Positions 60,680 to 64,000 of a stretch of DNA of 64,000 nucleotides are shown piece by piece (position 1 is the stretch's first letter; every line of letters starts with the position of its first letter). The DNA comes from Novosphingobium sp. Its GTDB lineage: Bacteria; Pseudomonadota; Alphaproteobacteria; Sphingomonadales; Sphingomonadaceae. The notes beneath the pieces are model-generated. The model was not told where the DNA came from. It saw nothing but the letters and a program-made list of their open reading frames with translations, and made no database searches. Both the position numbers and the translations under genes were made by a program. The stretch lies in NCBI GenBank assembly GCA_044238415.1, contig JBIIDJ010000002.1, forward strand, positions 5,669 to 69,668, read 5' to 3'.

Positions 60680-62274
60680 TTGCCGCCCTGCGCGCCCTCG
60701 CCCTGCGGCTGTGGCCGGTGCCCCGGCTGCGCTGGCTGCTGTTCGGCACTCTGCTGTTCGTGGCCGCGCTGCCCGGCATCGCGGCGCTGGGCCTCAGGGT
60801 TTACGAGAACGCGCTGATCCGCCGGACGGAAGCGGAACTGACCGCGCAGAGTGCCGCAATCGCCGCCAGCACCGCGCTGCTCTGGCCCGGGCCAGCCGCT
60901 ACCGCGCCGCCTGAGCCCCAGGATGACCTGGCGGATACCATCAGTGAAAGCTACGAGGATCCCACCACGGGCGTCGATCTGCGCTCCTCCCCCGTCCTGC
61001 CAGAACGGCCAGCCGCCACACGCGTTCCGCTGGGCGTTGACCCGGTGGCCCAGCAGGTCGCGGACCGGCTGGCCCCGGCCATTGCCGAAACCAAGCGCGC
61101 CACGCTGGCCTCGATCCTGCTGCTGGATCGGCAAGGGGTGCTGCTGAGCGGGCGGGATCGGGGGCTGAGCCTGGCCCAGGTGCCAGAAGTGCGAGCGGCT
61201 CTTGGCGGCACGCCCGGCACCGTACTGCGCCACAACGATGCCTATTTGCGCGATACCCCGCTCGACTGGATCAGCCGCGCGACCTCGATCCGGATGCATC
61301 AAGCCCGTCCGATCACGGTGCGCGGCGAGGTGGTGGGCGTAGTGCTGGTCTCGCGCAGCCCACGCGCGCTGTTCCGGGGGATGTGGGAGGATCGCGGCAA
61401 GATAGCGCTGGGGGTCGCGGCGATCTTCTCGCTGTTGCTGGTGCTCACCGCCGTGCTGGCACGAGCGTTGGTCAGCCCGGTCGAGCGGCTGAGCCGCGCC
61501 AGCCGCGCGCTGGCCCAGGGGCGCCATGCCGCACCGCGCCGACCGACGCTGGAAGTGCGGGAGATCGGATCACTGTTCGATGACTTTGCCGCCATGTCAG
61601 CCGCGATTGCCCGCCGTTCGCGCTACCTGCGCGATTTCGCGGCGGCGCTGAGCCATGAATTCAAGACGCCGCTGGCCGGCCTTTCCGGCGGGATCGAGCT
61701 GTTGCAGGATCACGGAGCAACGATGAGTCCGGCGGAGCGCGAACGGTTTCTGGCCAATATGGCCGCCGATGCCGGACGGCTTTCACGCCTGGTGAGCCGA
61801 CTGATGGAGCTGGCGCAGGCCGATATGGGCCGTGCCGATCCGGGGGCACGCACGGCGCTGGAACCCTTGCTGAACCAGGTCGCCGAGGGGCTGCGGCGGA
61901 CAGACTTTGCCATCGCCATGAACCTGCCGACCACGCTGCCCCCGGTGATGGCCGAACCCGGCGCGCTCGAGGCGATCCTGACCACCCTGATAGAGAATGC
62001 CCGCCAGGCCGGAGCCAGCGAAGTCACGATCGCCGCCAGTCTGGCCGATGGCGCAGTGACGATCCGCCTGGCCGACAATGGCCCCGGCATCCCGGCCGCC
62101 GATCGCGAGCGGGTGTTCGATCCCTTCTTCACCAGCAAGCGCGAGCAAGGCGGCACCGGACTGGGTCTGCCGATCGCCCGGGCCCTCGCCGAAAACAGCA
62201 GCGGCCAACTGGAATTGGCCGACAGCGACAGCGGCGCGGTGTTCGTGCTCACCCTGCCCACTGTGACCGTCTGA
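60676..62274 (+). CDS. Sensor histidine kinase (two TM segments, ~200-aa periplasmic domain)
   Basis: ATGA overlap with the response regulator gene. H-box LSHEFKTPLA, N-box LIENARQAG, G1 DNGPGIP, G2 GGTGLGLPIA. Confidence 0.9.
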   Translation: MIAALRALALRLWPVPRLRWLLFGTLLFVAALPGIAALGLRVYENALIRRTEAELTAQSAAIAASTALLWPGPAATAPPEPQDDLADTISESYEDPTTGVDLRSSPVLPERPAATRVPLGVDPVAQQVADRLAPAIAETKRATLASILLLDRQGVLLSGRDRGLSLAQVPEVRAALGGTPGTVLRHNDAYLRDTPLDWISRATSIRMHQARPITVRGEVVGVVLVSRSPRALFRGMWEDRGKIALGVAAIFSLLLVLTAVLARALVSPVERLSRASRALAQGRHAAPRRPTLEVREIGSLFDDFAAMSAAIARRSRYLRDFAAALSHEFKTPLAGLSGGIELLQDHGATMSPAERERFLANMAADAGRLSRLVSRLMELAQADMGRADPGARTALEPLLNQVAEGLRRTDFAIAMNLPTTLPPVMAEPGALEAILTTLIENARQAGASEVTIAASLADGAVTIRLADNGPGIPAADRERVFDPFFTSKREQGGTGLGLPIARALAENSSGQLELADSDSGAVFVLTLPTVTV

Positions 62275-62311
62275 CTCGCGCGTACGGACGCAATCGGCTA
62301 GGGAGCCCGCA

Positions 62312-63472
62312 ATGGAAACTTCCGATCTGCGCATTGCCCTGTTCAGCGGCAACTACAATTACGTTCGCGACGGGGCCAATCAGGCGCTCAACCGGCTGGT
62401 TGGCTACTTGCTGCGTCAGGGTGCCGCGGTGCGGGTCTATTCGCCAGTTGTCGATGAACCGGCCTTTCCCGCCACCGGCGATCTGGTCGGCGTGCCGGCC
62501 TTCGCCTTTCCAGGGCGGGGCGAGTACCGCGTGCCGATGCTGCTGAGCCCGCGGGTCCGGGCCGATCTGAAGGCCTTTGCACCCAACGTGGTGCAGATTT
62601 CCTCACCCGATTTCGTTGCCCACCGCGCCGTCACCTGGGCCCGCCACCGCAGGATCCCGGTGCTGGCCTCGGTCCACACCCGGTTCGAAACCTATTTCCG
62701 CTACTACAACATGGCCTGGCTCGAACCTGTGGTCGAAGCCATGCTGCGCCGGCTCTATCGCCGCTGCGATGCACTGGTGGCGCCATCGGAATCGATGGCC
62801 CAGGTGCTGCGCGACCAGCGGATGAACTACGATATCGATATCTGGTCACGCGGGGTCGATCGCGATGTGTTCGATCCCTCGCTGCGCTCGCTCGAATGGC
62901 GCCGCAGCCTGGGGGTCGCTGATGATGAAGTGCTGGTCGGCTTCCACAGCCGACTGGTGATGGAAAAGGGGCTTGATGTCTTTTCCGACACCATCGACGA
63001 ACTGCGCCGCCGCGGGGTAAAGCATCGCACACTGATTGTCGGCGATGGCCCGGCCAGGACTTGGCTGGAAGCGCGCCTGCCGCAGGCGGTCTTTGCCGGG
63101 TTCATGGGCGGCAAGGACCTGGGCATGGCGGTGGCCAGCATGGACGTGCTGTTCTTCCCCTCCACTACCGAGACATTCGGCAATGTCAGCCTGGAAGCCA
63201 TGGCCAGCGGCCTGCCGGTCGTGGCAGCAGCGGCAACCGGGAGCCAGAACCTGGTTGCCAATGGCCGCTCAGGCCGGCTGATCCGGCCCGGCGCGGTCCA
63301 CCAATTTGCCGAAGCGCTGCGCGCCTATATCGAGGACCCCGCGCTGCGCAGCGATCACGGCAAGGCCGGTGAACTGCGCAGCCGGGACTTCTCGTGGGAT
63401 CAGATCAATCAGGTCGTGGCCGATACGTACATGCGGTTGATCCGGCAGAAGGCGGCCCTGACCGCGCGGTAG
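62312..63472 (+). CDS. GT4-family (GT-B) glycosyltransferase, SQD2/Agt-like
   Basis: The N-terminus RIALFSGNYNYVRDGANQALNRLVGYL and the C-terminal ETFGNVSLEAMASGLPVV E-x7-E region are typical of group-1 glycosyltransferases. AGGGAG SD. The gap after the kinase gene is 37 nt. Confidence 0.8.
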   Translation: METSDLRIALFSGNYNYVRDGANQALNRLVGYLLRQGAAVRVYSPVVDEPAFPATGDLVGVPAFAFPGRGEYRVPMLLSPRVRADLKAFAPNVVQISSPDFVAHRAVTWARHRRIPVLASVHTRFETYFRYYNMAWLEPVVEAMLRRLYRRCDALVAPSESMAQVLRDQRMNYDIDIWSRGVDRDVFDPSLRSLEWRRSLGVADDEVLVGFHSRLVMEKGLDVFSDTIDELRRRGVKHRTLIVGDGPARTWLEARLPQAVFAGFMGGKDLGMAVASMDVLFFPSTTETFGNVSLEAMASGLPVVAAAATGSQNLVANGRSGRLIRPGAVHQFAEALRAYIEDPALRSDHGKAGELRSRDFSWDQINQVVADTYMRLIRQKAALTAR

Positions 63473-63473
63473 C

Positions 63474-63935
63474 CTAGGCCAGCCAGCCTTTCGCCAGGGA
63501 CTGACGCGCCCACCACCATTGCAACACGATGGCGCCGAGGATGACCAGCGGCATGATCTTCATCATGCCCGTATCCAGCCCCGGCGGCATGGTCAGCGTC
63601 ATCTGATAGGCAAAGCTGAGCGCGGCCGCCCCTAGCGAGACCATGAACACCGGCACCGCATGGCGCGAACGCATCAGCAGCAGGACCGATCCCAGCACCG
63701 AAGACCACACGCCAAGGCCCCACAGGAACTGGGCCCAGATCGGCATGCCCTCGATCATGTCCAGCATCTGCTGCGCCAGCGCCTGATCGCCGCCGACCAC
63801 ACTCACCAGGTAATCCATGTTTTTCAGGCGGGTCATAACGTAATCATAGCCGCCAAAGCCGTTCCACAGCAGGCTGACGGCGCCCACGATCCAATAGACC
63901 GCTCCTGGCTTCGTCCCGGTTGCACCAGTGTTCAT
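63474..63935 (-). CDS. Hypothetical membrane protein (about 4 TM)
   Basis: Start taken at MNTGATGTKPG..., with GGGGAGA 6 nt upstream. No family recognised. Confidence 0.5.
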   Translation of the reverse strand: MNTGATGTKPGAVYWIVGAVSLLWNGFGGYDYVMTRLKNMDYLVSVVGGDQALAQQMLDMIEGMPIWAQFLWGLGVWSSVLGSVLLLMRSRHAVPVFMVSLGAAALSFAYQMTLTMPPGLDTGMMKIMPLVILGAIVLQWWWARQSLAKGWLA

Positions 63936-63941
63936 GGCATT

Positions 63942-63970
63942 TCTCCCCATCCCGTTGAAGGATGGGGAGA
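63942..63970 (-). promoter_or_regulatory. SD-sequestering hairpin in the 5' leader of the 63474-63935 gene
   Basis: An 11-bp perfect stem: TCTCCCCATCC (63942-52) pairs with GGATGGGGAGA (63960-70), with a 7-nt loop. On the mRNA the 3' arm GGAUGGGGAGA contains the SD GGGGAGA. Confidence 0.5.
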
Positions 63971-64000
63971 AAGTATCACGCTAAACCCCTATCGCAAAAT

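Overview
High-GC (roughly 65%) gene-dense chromosomal segment. Gene content and order suggest an alphaproteobacterium, possibly Sphingomonadales-like; that assignment is inference only, since no searches were run. Most of the window is housekeeping. It carries a TCA-cycle block (mdh, sucD, sucA, sucB, lpdA, with no sucC), amino-acid biosynthesis genes (metZ, leuB, ilvE, asd, class II DAHP synthase), recO, typA, a DEAD-box helicase, tlyA, ggt and one tRNA-Gln. Recognisable accessory modules are: (1) a cobalamin riboswitch driving a TonB-dependent receptor at the left edge; (2) a csoR-copA-copB-copC copper module with a CsoR-type operator; (3) a second TonB-dependent receptor next to a large M16 peptidase. 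I found no integrase, transposase, CRISPR array, phage genes or recognisable defence or toxin-antitoxin genes. No clearly novel multi-gene system stands out. The candidates worth a second look are listed below.
- A PMT-like GT-C glycosyltransferase near a GT2-GtrA fusion (21.3-24.8 kb).
- A DUF4153/4173-like membrane protein coupled to an OmpR/HK pair (57-63.5 kb).
- A DsbB-like protein with only one CxxC.
- A CPBP protease / membrane protein / wHTH module with a triple AAGTGA operator-like array.
- A low-GC orphan island with a perfect Shine-Dalgarno, micro-ORFs and its own terminator (28.9-29.2 kb).
- A Met/Ile/Thr/Lys-rich micro-ORF with alternative hairpins upstream of asd.
- A 19-bp duplication of the tRNA-Gln 3' end, which looks like an att scar.
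The many long ORFs in the track that lie antisense to or overlap clear homologues are treated as high-GC artefacts. Start codons were chosen by eye from SD spacing and N-terminal plausibility, and are the least certain part of the coordinates.
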